Source: Porphyridium purpureum (lineage: Eukaryota). From it: 64,000 nucleotides of DNA. The stretch covers positions 1,302,001 through 1,366,000 of the forward strand of contig VRMN01000001.1 in NCBI GenBank assembly GCA_008690995.1. Reading direction: 5' to 3'. Both the position numbers and the translations under genes were made by a program. Below the pieces are notes generated by a model. The model saw nothing but the letters and a program-made list of their open reading frames with translations, made no database searches and was not told where the DNA came from. Within the stretch, counting starts at the first letter, position 1. Each line of letters starts with the position of its first letter. Positions 30,054 to 40,596 of the stretch are shown piece after piece.

Positions 30054-31415
30054 ATGCGCTCATTGCTGAAACATTGGTTGCGTCGCAGATCAGAGATTCT
30101 AAGCCACGTGGCGGCTGGTGTGGGCTGGAGGTCTTTCACTGCCGGTGTCAAAATGGAGCAGCCTGTGATCAAGTTTTTCATGTCGCCGTACTGCCCGTAC
30201 GCGGCGCGCGCACACGTTGCCCTGGAAGAGGTGGGGCTGGTGTACGAAATCGAACGTGTTGGGCTCAAGACGTACGGAGAGGAAAAGCCCGCGTGGTACC
30301 CCGAGCTGTGCGCCAAATCTCTCCCCATTCGGTCGTCGCAGGTAGGCCCAGTGCCAGGCCTGCAAGTCGGCATTGATGCGCCGCTCGTGCTGGGGTCTCG
30401 CACCGTCGTCATGCTTATCATGGATCTGGCCGCCGCGCTGGGGAAGAAGTCTTTGCTTGTTGGCGACCACTTGCAAAAGGCCAAAGTGCGCAACTTAATG
30501 GACGAGATGGAGAAACTGTACTCGGCCGCAAATGTGCTGCTCGCGAACAAGGAACCGGGTAAGGACGCCGCTCTGACTGTCGCGTTGCGCAACCAAGTGG
30601 ACGATATCAACGCGATGCTCGATGCGTTCAACAGCGCGCAGAATGAATACATATTCCCGGAGTTTTCAGTTGCGGACGTCTTCATGATTCCGTTTCTTGA
30701 TCGGATGCGCTTTGTGCTTCCGCAGCTGCGAGGCGTCGACGTGATGGCCATGGGTCCTCACTTTAAGCGCCTCCTCAGAGCGTACGAAACTCGGGACTCT
30801 TTCAAGGTTGTTTCGCAGGGCGAGCGAGTGTACATGCAGGGTTTCAGCTTCAAGGCGTATCGTGAACCTCCTGCGCCTCTCGAGCCGGTGCTAGAACCGC
30901 TGTTGTTGACCACGAGCTCGCCGAAGATTTGCATTTTGCAAAAGGTCAAGAGCGCCGCCGAGGTCGACACAGTGCTCCGTGAGCTTCAGCCGCGAAGCTG
31001 GATCTCTCTGCTGACGAGCAGCGAGTCTGCGGATCCCAATCTTGCTTTCATTGGCGAACAGGTGGAGCGGTATCAAGGAGGCGAAGAGGAGCACCACCGC
31101 GACATATTCTACTCGCACATTCCTTTCGATTCGGAGAAGTTGGGCAGCAAAATCGAACATGACGCCGATCTCGCCGGCCGCCTTGCGGACGCCATCCACT
31201 TTGCTCCAAAACCTGTCGTCATCCAGTGTGCCAGCGGGCGACGCGCAAGCGTCGCGTTCTCGGTTTCGAAAGCGCTTGTCGATGGCGAGCGCAACTATGA
31301 GACATTACGAGCGGACGCTGAGATTCACAAGTTCACGTGGCCAGCGAGCGAGAAACTGGCGGCGTTTGTGAGGGATACAGTGCTCAGTGGTGCCGCACAC
31401 GCAGAATGCTGTTGA
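30054..31415 (+). CDS. Glutathione S-transferase (omega/Cys-GST-like) fused to a C-terminal DUF442/Blh-like Cys-phosphatase-fold domain
   Basis: SPYCPYAAR, KP.WY, VPGL, FSVADV..IPFLDR, followed by PKPVVIQCASGRRAS. Starts at ATG 30054 (presequence-like) or 30153. Confidence 0.8.
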   Translation: MRSLLKHWLRRRSEILSHVAAGVGWRSFTAGVKMEQPVIKFFMSPYCPYAARAHVALEEVGLVYEIERVGLKTYGEEKPAWYPELCAKSLPIRSSQVGPVPGLQVGIDAPLVLGSRTVVMLIMDLAAALGKKSLLVGDHLQKAKVRNLMDEMEKLYSAANVLLANKEPGKDAALTVALRNQVDDINAMLDAFNSAQNEYIFPEFSVADVFMIPFLDRMRFVLPQLRGVDVMAMGPHFKRLLRAYETRDSFKVVSQGERVYMQGFSFKAYREPPAPLEPVLEPLLLTTSSPKICILQKVKSAAEVDTVLRELQPRSWISLLTSSESADPNLAFIGEQVERYQGGEEEHHRDIFYSHIPFDSEKLGSKIEHDADLAGRLADAIHFAPKPVVIQCASGRRASVAFSVSKALVDGERNYETLRADAEIHKFTWPASEKLAAFVRDTVLSGAAHAECC

Positions 31416-31552
31416 TCATTTGCCTTGATCGCGCCATTCCGAATCAAGAACAAAGCTGGTCCACAATCGGACAGCTGTGATGATTCGATCCCGTTCTCGA
31501 TTGTTTTATTTTTTATTTTTTCCTTTTCTTTTTTCTTTCCCGAGTCGTAGTT

Positions 31553-32557
31553 TCAGTCCTTATCAGCGGGATAAATAGACATAAGGAGAGACATGAGGAA
31601 CTGAGGTGCATCTGCAGTATTGAAGACAATATCTTCCGAAAGGTGAGAGGCAGAACTGGTTCCAAGCGCCATCTCGCAAGGCACAAATTCCATCTCGAGG
31701 CCGTCGTTGCTTAACTGCAACGAGAACTGTACTTGCACGTCATCAGACAGAGCTGAGAGTCTCGCGGTCAAGTCAACAGGACAAAGCTGTGACATTGACA
31801 GGCCAGTTATTAAACCATAAAGTCGTAGCGCGAAATCATACGTACTCGTAACTCTTGTCAGTTCCGCTTCAAGCTTTCCATTTTCTGCTCTTACCTCATC
31901 AAGCGCTCTTTTGGCCTTTTCGAGCTCGGAGCTGAATAGCAAAAGTCTCGCTTGCCTGGACTCAAGCTCATCATGGCACTGGCCCTCGCAACGCACAGCT
32001 ATATTTGCTTTTGAGGTAGGTTTGACGTGTGTGAGTTCTTCCCGCAGGCTTTCTGCGAGCGCTCTGGACCTCTCTAGCTCATTTTCGAGCCCTGTGCGCG
32101 TATCTGCATCGCGTGCTTGTCTTTTACGTGCATCTGCAAGTTCCTTGTGAAGAAGATGAGAAGTCTGCTTCATATCTCGATTCTCACACTCGAGCTGCTC
32201 GATCAGTTTGTCGGCTGAGGCAATCTTTTCCTTTGCTGCCTTCTTCAGCTCATGCATGACCCGCTCTGCCTCTGTGTTGCGAAGGGCTTGCAAAGAATCG
32301 AGTTGCGACTTGAGATCTTGAAGTGCAACCGCTTCTCTGTCCCGCTTCGGCGTAGTAGCTACGCGAGCTGGCCTGGCGCCTCCGCCATTCGTCACATCGG
32401 TGAACGGCACGACCCGAGGTGATTTGCGCGATGTATTGTCCGCGGGTGCTGGCGTATCATCTGGCGAAATAATCACGCGCCGTTTCGGGCGCGAGTCGTC
32501 TCGCGGCGTGGCTGAATTTGACGCCGGCCTTTTCGCACTCTTCTTTGGTCGACCCAT
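31553..32557 (-). CDS. Coiled-coil protein with a C-terminal Csm1/Pcs1 (monopolin)-like domain
   Basis: Basic disordered N-terminus, long coiled coil, then LY.LITGL...F.L...EFVP...HLSEDIVF...AP.F. Confidence 0.68.
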   Translation of the reverse strand: MGRPKKSAKRPASNSATPRDDSRPKRRVIISPDDTPAPADNTSRKSPRVVPFTDVTNGGGARPARVATTPKRDREAVALQDLKSQLDSLQALRNTEAERVMHELKKAAKEKIASADKLIEQLECENRDMKQTSHLLHKELADARKRQARDADTRTGLENELERSRALAESLREELTHVKPTSKANIAVRCEGQCHDELESRQARLLLFSSELEKAKRALDEVRAENGKLEAELTRVTSTYDFALRLYGLITGLSMSQLCPVDLTARLSALSDDVQVQFSLQLSNDGLEMEFVPCEMALGTSSASHLSEDIVFNTADAPQFLMSLLMSIYPADKD

Positions 32558-33337
32558 CCTTGGATGATCTTCTTCGGGGACGCTGAGTCTGCCACTCGCA
32601 CGCAAAGTGCGAGAGAAAAAGAGACAAGGGGGAATGGCAATGTATGGAGCGGGTTTCCTCAGTCACGCCCGCGTGGTCCAGCTTGCATTGACACTCACCA
32701 CAGTCGGAGCCTTCGCAGCCGCATCGGTAGCCTCGACCTCTCGGCCACGAAGCGCGCGCGGGCGCGCACGATTTTCAAATGTTTGAAAATTGGCTAGGGC
32801 TCAGCTGTACACCCATGACAAAGAAACAGGGCCTCTGATGTACAGCTGTCGAGGGATTTGCACAAAACCTGCCAGGCCAGTGCGTCTCTGTGCGAATGCT
32901 TCGCGGTGTGCGACGAGAAACGTCGAACGGAGCTGCGAACTAGTGAGACGCGACACGCGTTGCCCTTGCGACTTTGGAGTCATCGAGTTCAGAAGCAGTC
33001 GGTATGAAATCACAGCGCCGTGCACCAGCACCGTTTGGGTACTGCTCGATTGTTCGCACGACAAGCATCAAATCTACGGACAAAACACGTCGAAAACTTA
33101 TTCATATTGAAATGTACCTATGCACTGGAGCCTCTGGAACAAAATCGCACGGGTCCCGTCCAGGCGCCCGGCCCTGACTCATCTCGTTTGTTGTCGTGTT
33201 TCAAACGATCACGTCTTGAGCTCAGGTCCGTCAGTCTGTCTCGTGTGGCACGAGAACTTCCACCTTGCTACTATGCAAAATGGACCACGCCTTCACGACA
33301 GGAAAAGCCAAGCTCAGCACGAGTTCCAAACACATCT

Positions 33338-35008
33338 TCAGCTCATTAAGCCCATCTCTTTCATCTTGTCCTTATGTGTTTGAGTATTTTCATGCCGAGA
33401 AAGCTTATCTCTCGCTGTGAATTTTTTGCAGCAAATGTCACAGTTATAATTCCGAATGCCCATGTGTGCCGTACGCAGGTGACGATTCAAATTTCCTCGG
33501 AGACGAAACGTGGCGTTGCAAATGCTGCATTCTAAGTCCATTCTTTCAGCACCTTCGTCAGCAAGTTCGCCGCTCACTTGTCCACCCATCGTTTGACGCG
33601 GTGACCTTACGTTCTCGCGCGGCTTTGAATCATATCCTTGATCATTAAGCCTCTTTGCATGAGACGACCATGTACTTCCGGAGCTGCCGTCAGGCGCAAA
33701 GCTTGCGCCTTTTGAATCACCCGTTCCGCTACACAACACCGCAAGTCTCCGGCGCTTTCTTCTCTCGACTGGCTCGTCCTCGTAGTCACTGGCTTTAGCC
33801 ATGCTGGCCAAGGTCTGGCACATGAGTAGCGGAGTTTCGGTATCAGCAGCGTTGGTTCTCCAATCCAGACGAGAGCGTGCTCGATCCGGCTCGCTCTTCT
33901 GAGGCGGGAGCGGAGCAAGACGGGAGTAAGAAAGGGAAAGTCGGGCCTCCTCGTCACTGCGCGCCTGCACCAACATTTCCTTAATAGCGCGCAGTCTTTG
34001 ACCATCGCCGTGCACTACCCTGGTTGTCATGGGAAGAATGTTATCACTCTCAGGTACCGCGACGGTCCGAGTGTGCAAGGAAAAATGAGACGCAAACGTG
34101 GTGGAGAAGAAGTGTCTGAATGCGTCAAAACAATTCATATTGAGCTCGGGGCAATGACGCGCTCGCATCTCAAACGGACATTCGCACAAAAGCAAACCCC
34201 TCATGAGGCAAAAGTCACAAGGCTTCACGGTCTTCATGATGACTTCTGTATACAGCCGCGCGCGGCCCGACTCCTTGAATTCAGCAGCGTCGACCACCAA
34301 AGACTTGGCGACAAGGCCCATTGATCCCATGAGGTGAAGCTTGTTGATCAACATTTTGCCTTGCATCTCGTGGACCTCCAACAAGACGCCGGTTGTGAAG
34401 CAAAAGAAGAACGTACTCATGGTCGGCTTTGAAGTCTGGTCAACAGAGCGGAGTTCCTTGTTCGACGAATTCATGCTCGCAATGACACGCGCGGGAGCCG
34501 TGCACACAAAGCCAACGATCCACCCGTCGATTGCCTTGTCCAACAGGTAGACGCGCTCGAGGCGCACGCTTGGTTTCGTGGACTGTTTCCGCTTTGCTCG
34601 GTTCAGCTGGCGCACCGTCACCCATTGTTCGAGGCACTCGAGCTGCACCGCACTGCGAAAGCTGGACGCGCGGCTTCCGCGCGCGGTATTTTGTGAGCGC
34701 TGGTCTGTCACCCCGCCTGAGCTACTATGACTTGTGTCTGTTCTACTGTGTGCACATGTCATATCAGCGTGCTGCCGCTGCGAGTCGAGTTGGCAGTCAC
34801 AGACCTCGTCGTCGTCAAGAATCTCGTCCCCGCAGTGAATGCACCTATTCGGGGCGCCGGCCACAAGCACCAGCGCCGAGTCCAGCCGTTCGCGCACGAC
34901 GGCGTATCTCAGAATATCGGTTTCGGGAATGGTCAAGTACCACTCCCAAACCTTGGCACCGACCCAGCGGCGAAAGTCTATTATTTGCGGAACCAAGTTT
35001 GTCCCCAT
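33338..35008 (-). CDS. C2H2 zinc-finger protein (two C-terminal fingers), putative transcription factor
   Basis: CSICNATF..RGNLNRHLRTAH and CDICCKKF....KLSRHE..TH; NLS-like RRKRRR. Confidence 0.85.
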   Translation of the reverse strand: MGTNLVPQIIDFRRWVGAKVWEWYLTIPETDILRYAVVRERLDSALVLVAGAPNRCIHCGDEILDDDEVCDCQLDSQRQHADMTCAHSRTDTSHSSSGGVTDQRSQNTARGSRASSFRSAVQLECLEQWVTVRQLNRAKRKQSTKPSVRLERVYLLDKAIDGWIVGFVCTAPARVIASMNSSNKELRSVDQTSKPTMSTFFFCFTTGVLLEVHEMQGKMLINKLHLMGSMGLVAKSLVVDAAEFKESGRARLYTEVIMKTVKPCDFCLMRGLLLCECPFEMRARHCPELNMNCFDAFRHFFSTTFASHFSLHTRTVAVPESDNILPMTTRVVHGDGQRLRAIKEMLVQARSDEEARLSLSYSRLAPLPPQKSEPDRARSRLDWRTNAADTETPLLMCQTLASMAKASDYEDEPVERRKRRRLAVLCSGTGDSKGASFAPDGSSGSTWSSHAKRLNDQGYDSKPRENVRSPRQTMGGQVSGELADEGAERMDLECSICNATFRLRGNLNRHLRTAHMGIRNYNCDICCKKFTARDKLSRHENTQTHKDKMKEMGLMS

Positions 35009-35535
35009 CGTGCGTCGCCGAACCCATCAATGCCACCGGCTGCTGCTCCTCTCGTGCTCGTCTCGTCTTCCTCTGCCTCCCTCCCATGCCCCGGTGCGTC
35101 TGTGCACACGCCTCATCCTCACCACGCAGCTCGAGAAGGTGAATTAATTACCAACTGGCAGCTTTCCCCATGTTCTTTTTCCTTTTCCTTCGCCCCATCT
35201 CCTTTTTTTTTGTTTTTGGTTTTCTATAAGTGGTTCATGCTGCTTATGAACAAGTCGCACGAAGAAATGTGATGCGTGCGTGCGATGTAACTGATGATAA
35301 GCGCATGTGGCGCGATGAGGGGGAGGAGCACGCCTGCAATGGAGAAGACCACGGGACCTCTCCCACCGGAACGCGCATTAGAGGGCGCGCCAAGGAAAGC
35401 AAAGGTGATGGGAGCAGCAGAAACGTACCAGAAAGGCGTTCTGCAAAGCATGGGAAGAACGCGTTCGTCTGACTTCCCGGCCGTCAAAAAATCCCATCGC
35501 CACGCGAGCGACGCGATGCGCCCCCCATTTTTGCA

Positions 35536-37767
35536 TCATATACGACCAGACAGGTCGCTTTCGCTCACGTGGTCTTCGCCTTCCTCTGCGCGATTCGCTC
35601 CCTTTTCATACGCGGTCGACTGTTGACCACGTGCGCCTTCCGACGCGACGCCGTTCGAGGTCGTTTCTTGTCCCGGCGTCAAAGAATCGGTTCGCGGTGC
35701 TGGCGTCTCTGCGGCGTTCCCCAACGGCGCGGACGATTTCTCAGCCGCGATGTCTCCCTCCTCTTCCTGTATCGTCGGCAGTCCTGCCGCCGGCCGATGT
35801 CCTGCTCGAACCGCGTCCTGCTGTTCTTCGAGGTGCAGCAGCGCTACTCTGCCGTAAGCCATGTGCGAAAGCTCCGCCTGGAGTCGCGTGGCCTGATCTC
35901 GCAAATGCTGCCGATGATTGTCCCGAACTTCGGGCCAGTGCGGCTGGTTGGTCCCCATTTTCGCTTCGCCTTCCACTCCGACAAAGGATTCGGGCCCAGA
36001 TGCAACCATCACCGCGCTGCCGGGTGCCGGATAGAGTTCAGCCGTGAGCACAGGCGAAGGTGACTGTATGTTCCCACTGTTCCCAATCAGCACAGTGTTC
36101 GCCGTTGAAATGGGTGAGCCGCCAAGAGGTCCACGAAGCATGCCACCTGTTTCTTGGAGCTGCCGCTCGCGTTCCAACCTGCGGCGCTTCCTGCGGATAA
36201 CTGCCGCATTGAAGCGGGCGTCAGGGTTACTCCACTTGAAATTTTCGTATATCATTTGCGGGAACTCACCTCGTTCCTCGTTGATCAAGCTCATCAGAAT
36301 CACTTGCTGGTCTGCACGCAAGTACTGCGCGATCCACTTCAGAAGCTCAATTTCTGGCCGCGGGAAATCGTCGGCGTACCATGAGAAGATGCGCGGGATC
36401 GTCACAGTCCTACGAGACGCATCGATTCGTACCGTGTTGTTCAAAAACTCATCTGTCGAAAAGTGGAGTTCTTCTTCTACGTTGTCTGCGTCGAGAATAC
36501 GGATCGGCGGATCGGATGCAGTGCCAGCAGAAATCACAAAGTGGATCCTGCCGTCGCGTTGGGTCAGCACGTATTGACACTTGGGATCGCCGGGCCTGAG
36601 CTGCTGCATGATGCGGATGCTCGGCGAGCACTTGTTGCCTCGCAGCACCCCGTGCTCAATATCGTCCAAGGAAAAATCGAGCCCGCTGATGCGATAGCAC
36701 ATAGAACGGAAAAATAGCCAACGCCTGAAAAAGTTCGTGGGAGTGCCAAGCACGAGGTGGCAGTGCAGACATAGCGCATTGTACACGTTCACGAAGAAAG
36801 CGAGCTTTTCCTCATGATCCAAACCGAAGAGAGCAACGCGCTGCAGCTCGGCCGCCGCAAAAGAGTATTGACGAAACGCGTCGCTCTGCGCGAGCGCTTG
36901 ATAGTCAACGCTTTCGCCATCTTCCTGTCCTCTGACTTGCGGTAGCTGCTGAGCTCCTAAACCGCCCGGCGAAAGCTGCCTGCGTGCCGCGAGCACGGAA
37001 AGGCGATGTTCCTCGCACAGGCATGCTAGTCGTGTCAGCAAGTCCTGAGCAACATCCAGCGCCGGGCGCACCGGCCTACCAGACTCCCAGACGCGCTTCA
37101 TGTTGAGAATGTATGAATCCTCATCCTCCTGAAAGCGATAGTAAAAAAAGTCGTCCGCAAATGGTTCAGACTGAGTCACGTGTTGCAGAATGCCAGCCTC
37201 GAGCAAGCGCTGGCCGTACGCAACAGCATCCGGTCGCGTCAATTTTAAGTGCGCCACGAGCCAATCCACGGCTTCCGAACCCACAAAGCAGTTTGAGTAG
37301 GTCATCAGCCGCCATCTGCGGTCAGCGCGCGGAATGCCCGTCTCTGGATCGCGCATCTGCGCGTACATTTCCTCAAAATCCGGAATGGGTTCCCAGTGGC
37401 CGTCCAGTCCAGCGCCGACAAAGAGCGGCGGGCCGGGAGCTCCCGGAGAAGAAAGATGCGCACGCTCCTCGGCTCCCACCACACCGTGATCTCGGTAAGC
37501 GAAAGAATTACCCGTGTCCCGAATGTCGACTGTGCCAACCCCCTCCGCATGTGGTGCCATCCCTGGGGTACTGAGAAGCCTGCCGTCCAAGGAGCTGGCG
37601 CGGCGAACAAGTTCCGGTGACCTCAACACTGGAGAAGTACGCAAAGGCTGGTTGTTCGCTACACCCGATGGCACCAGTGATGCCGGCACAAAGTCCTGCA
37701 CTTCTGGAACGACCTGTTCATCTTTTCTTCTCCGCTTGGAGACTGGCCCAGGACGGCCCGCCCGCAT
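35536..37767 (-). CDS. DEP domain + DUF547 protein
   Basis: DRRWRL.TY.NCFVGSEAVDWL...HV...F.D..YYRF (DEP) and KLAFF.N.YNAL, SLDDIEHGVLRGN, D.RIHF, IF.WY..DF (DUF547). First in-frame ATG at 37767. Confidence 0.88.
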   Translation of the reverse strand: MRAGRPGPVSKRRRKDEQVVPEVQDFVPASLVPSGVANNQPLRTSPVLRSPELVRRASSLDGRLLSTPGMAPHAEGVGTVDIRDTGNSFAYRDHGVVGAEERAHLSSPGAPGPPLFVGAGLDGHWEPIPDFEEMYAQMRDPETGIPRADRRWRLMTYSNCFVGSEAVDWLVAHLKLTRPDAVAYGQRLLEAGILQHVTQSEPFADDFFYYRFQEDEDSYILNMKRVWESGRPVRPALDVAQDLLTRLACLCEEHRLSVLAARRQLSPGGLGAQQLPQVRGQEDGESVDYQALAQSDAFRQYSFAAAELQRVALFGLDHEEKLAFFVNVYNALCLHCHLVLGTPTNFFRRWLFFRSMCYRISGLDFSLDDIEHGVLRGNKCSPSIRIMQQLRPGDPKCQYVLTQRDGRIHFVISAGTASDPPIRILDADNVEEELHFSTDEFLNNTVRIDASRRTVTIPRIFSWYADDFPRPEIELLKWIAQYLRADQQVILMSLINEERGEFPQMIYENFKWSNPDARFNAAVIRRKRRRLERERQLQETGGMLRGPLGGSPISTANTVLIGNSGNIQSPSPVLTAELYPAPGSAVMVASGPESFVGVEGEAKMGTNQPHWPEVRDNHRQHLRDQATRLQAELSHMAYGRVALLHLEEQQDAVRAGHRPAAGLPTIQEEEGDIAAEKSSAPLGNAAETPAPRTDSLTPGQETTSNGVASEGARGQQSTAYEKGANRAEEGEDHVSESDLSGRI

Positions 37768-38082
37768 CTTGCCCGGCCTATGTCGCGCGCACTTGCTCCC
37801 TCCGTGCCCGCCGCAGTCGAAGTCACGTCTCACCACCACGTGCCCCGCGCTTTGGCCCCGCCCGACTTGCGCTTTGCATGACCCGCGCTGCACCGCATCA
37901 ACCGCGCATGCACGGCCCCATCCACGCCCCGCGCGCTGGCCGCAGTCCTCGCGCCGCTTTCCCCCGACCGCGGCGCCGCCCACGTGCGTGACCCCTCCGT
38001 TCTCTGTCCCTGAACGCACTCCGCCCGACGTGCCCGACCCGTCCGCGCCGCGCGACTCGAACTCAATCACCGAAATCTGTGC

Positions 38083-38112
38083 CACACACACGACACACAC
38101 ACACACACACAC
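38083..38112. repeat. Interrupted (CA)n microsatellite
   Basis: Read directly from the sequence. Confidence 0.85.
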
Positions 38113-40596
38113 TCACAATACCCCACGCGCTTTGTCACGCTTCGGTCACACATACACACACTCTCGTTCTCTCATTCCTCTATCAGTTCGCTACTCAAAC
38201 TCATCGAACCATCCCTCTTTTCCTTTACTACCACCACCACCACCACGACTACTCGTCACTACTAGCACACATTCACACACACGCCTTCCCTTTCATACTC
38301 ATGTCTTCTCAGTTTTGATACTGTAGCTCGTGCCCTATGCTTCCTTTTTCTTTCTCTTTTTTCCTTCTCCTATCACCATGACCATGTCCATGGGTTTACA
38401 ACTCTCACCACGCCATCTCACGAAACAATACAAAAATGACAAATCCAGCCTTTGTTTGCACAGTTTACGTGTGTGTATGTGTGTAAAAAGTGACCACAAC
38501 GAGAACCAAAATCTCAGCACAGACACCTAGAAATCGGACGCACTCGGTCACTGTACACTACTGTGTCGTGGTCCAATCGTCGATGGACTGTACCTCGTTC
38601 GGTGGATGGGTAGGGGTTCTGTGCGTGTACACGTGTGACTTTAGGCGCGACGCGCGCGCTCGTGGGAGTGCATGAGTAAATGGGCGTGTTTTGTTAGGAT
38701 GATTACGTGGGACGGACAAGGCGTGCTGCGGCTGTTGACTGCGTGGGTGGGTAGGGGAACAGTGAGGGTGGAAAGGAAGGTGGGTGTTGGGTTGTGCTAA
38801 GGGACAGAGAGCGTGGTGCGGAGGTAGGGGTGGAGCGAGCGTGCGTGCGTGCGGTCGGTGGAAATGGCGTCGAGGATCGGGATGATGTCGCGCTCGCTGA
38901 TGCGCAGAGTCGGGAGTGGCGCCATGTCTGCGCGGTCCACCGCCGCCGGCTCGCCGAACGCCGGCTCGCGCCCGTTCACTAGGTACGTGGGAGCCGCTCG
39001 GATCGACGCGAGGCCCAGAACTGATCGGGTGCTTCTTGTGCATGCGTGGCACACCGCTTTTGGCCTGAAGGGTAGCTGACTGACTGTCTGAATGTATTGA
39101 TGTGCTTGGTGCGTGTTGTGGCTCGATCGCGAAATGACACAGGTTTCGGATGGATGCGGGTGCCGGCGCCGGTGCGCGCTATGGGACGTGGGTGAGATGC
39201 GGCGACTTGTGCGGAAACGGCGCCATGCTGCGCAGCGCGTGCATAGTGTCGACGCACAGTGGATCAAGGATAACCTTGATCGGATCCTCGCTCCTCGAGG
39301 AGGCTTCTGATGCCGCGCTTGACGATGATGGTACTTGACTTACTCTGCTTTTATTTTGGTTGGTTTTCTTTTTCTCCGGCGAGTTAATCCCATCCTCATG
39401 CCCTTGCCCGTCGCCGCCATGACCTTGACCGTCGTCGCTCAGTTACATGTTGTGTCTGCACCTGATGCTGCAGAAACCCGCCGGTGGCTAGGGGCCGTGC
39501 TTCAGAAGGAATGTGCGTCTCTCCAAAGCTCCGGTGATGGATCTTCGCCCAGCGGCGTGGGGTAACCTTTCCGTGTTGGGCGACTTGAGAGTCACGCATT
39601 TGGAAAAGGCAGGAGCAGGCGGTCGGTGCAGTCAGGAACCTGAAGTGGGACACAGAGGCGACGCAGTGCAGGGGCAGCAGATATAGTCGCAGGACACAGT
39701 GCTAACCGAGTGGCTGCTGTGTTCCAGGATGATTTTCTTTGCCTGCCTGTGACCTCTCCATTTTCTTTCATTTAAGGCCTATAGCCTGATGCGTGTCGGG
39801 CAAGGCGGCGGGCTGCGCGTGGATGACAAAGCAGGGTACGTTGCATACCGTTTGGCGGCGACCGCAGGTACTTGGGCTATGATGGGGTTAATTCCTTTTT
39901 TTGATTCTCTTCTGTCAGATGCTCGTTTAGTCGTGAACACTGTGGGCTAACTCGAAGCTGACTCTTCAATTCTCCGCCGTCTCCCCCTCCACGCCGTCTT
40001 GTCCTATGATGTGGCCGTTGATCTCATTTCCGCTGCGTCGTCCCTTCTTTACGCGTGCTTCATGCTTGTGTTGTATTCGTTGTTCTCCATCGGCAAGCAT
40101 GACGCTTTGTTGTTCGGAACACATCGTGCATTGCCCGCGCTCGCGATGGCCCTCTTTTTCGGCAGTCTAGGTTGATTGGGCGCGGTGCTAACTTTCTGTG
40201 TGTGGTCTTCTGTTGCCTTTCCAAGTATAACCAGGTCGAATAGGGGCGGGCGACAAAGTCTCTGTGATGCAGCCAATCTTGGCGTCTTGATTGAGGTCTT
40301 TGTTGCGAGCCGTGGGAGTATACCGGATGCGGGTTCCAGCACGTGTGCGTGCGTGCCTGATTCGTAGCGATACCTCTCTCTGCAATCGACGGTGTCGTTA
40401 GTTTTCCTTTTGGCTTCCAGGTTCGATTTTATGGCTGACGAGATCGTGGAAAAGTAAATGACAGAGGTGTTTGGACGCGAAGAATCGTGGCGCTCTGGGC
40501 GGATACTTTGGCGACGTGGTATGCACCATGGCTACATCATTCACGCGCTCGTTGTACCGTTTGCAACCTTGTGCCGTGGGACAGCCATGCCTACTT

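Noticed and set aside
39727..39790. C/D-box snoRNA-like ATGATT...CTGA
   Set aside because: Imperfect C box, no terminal stem, and no rRNA guide that I could recognise.
40380..40445. tRNA-like GGTTCGA
   Set aside because: No clean T-stem closure or cloverleaf could be built.
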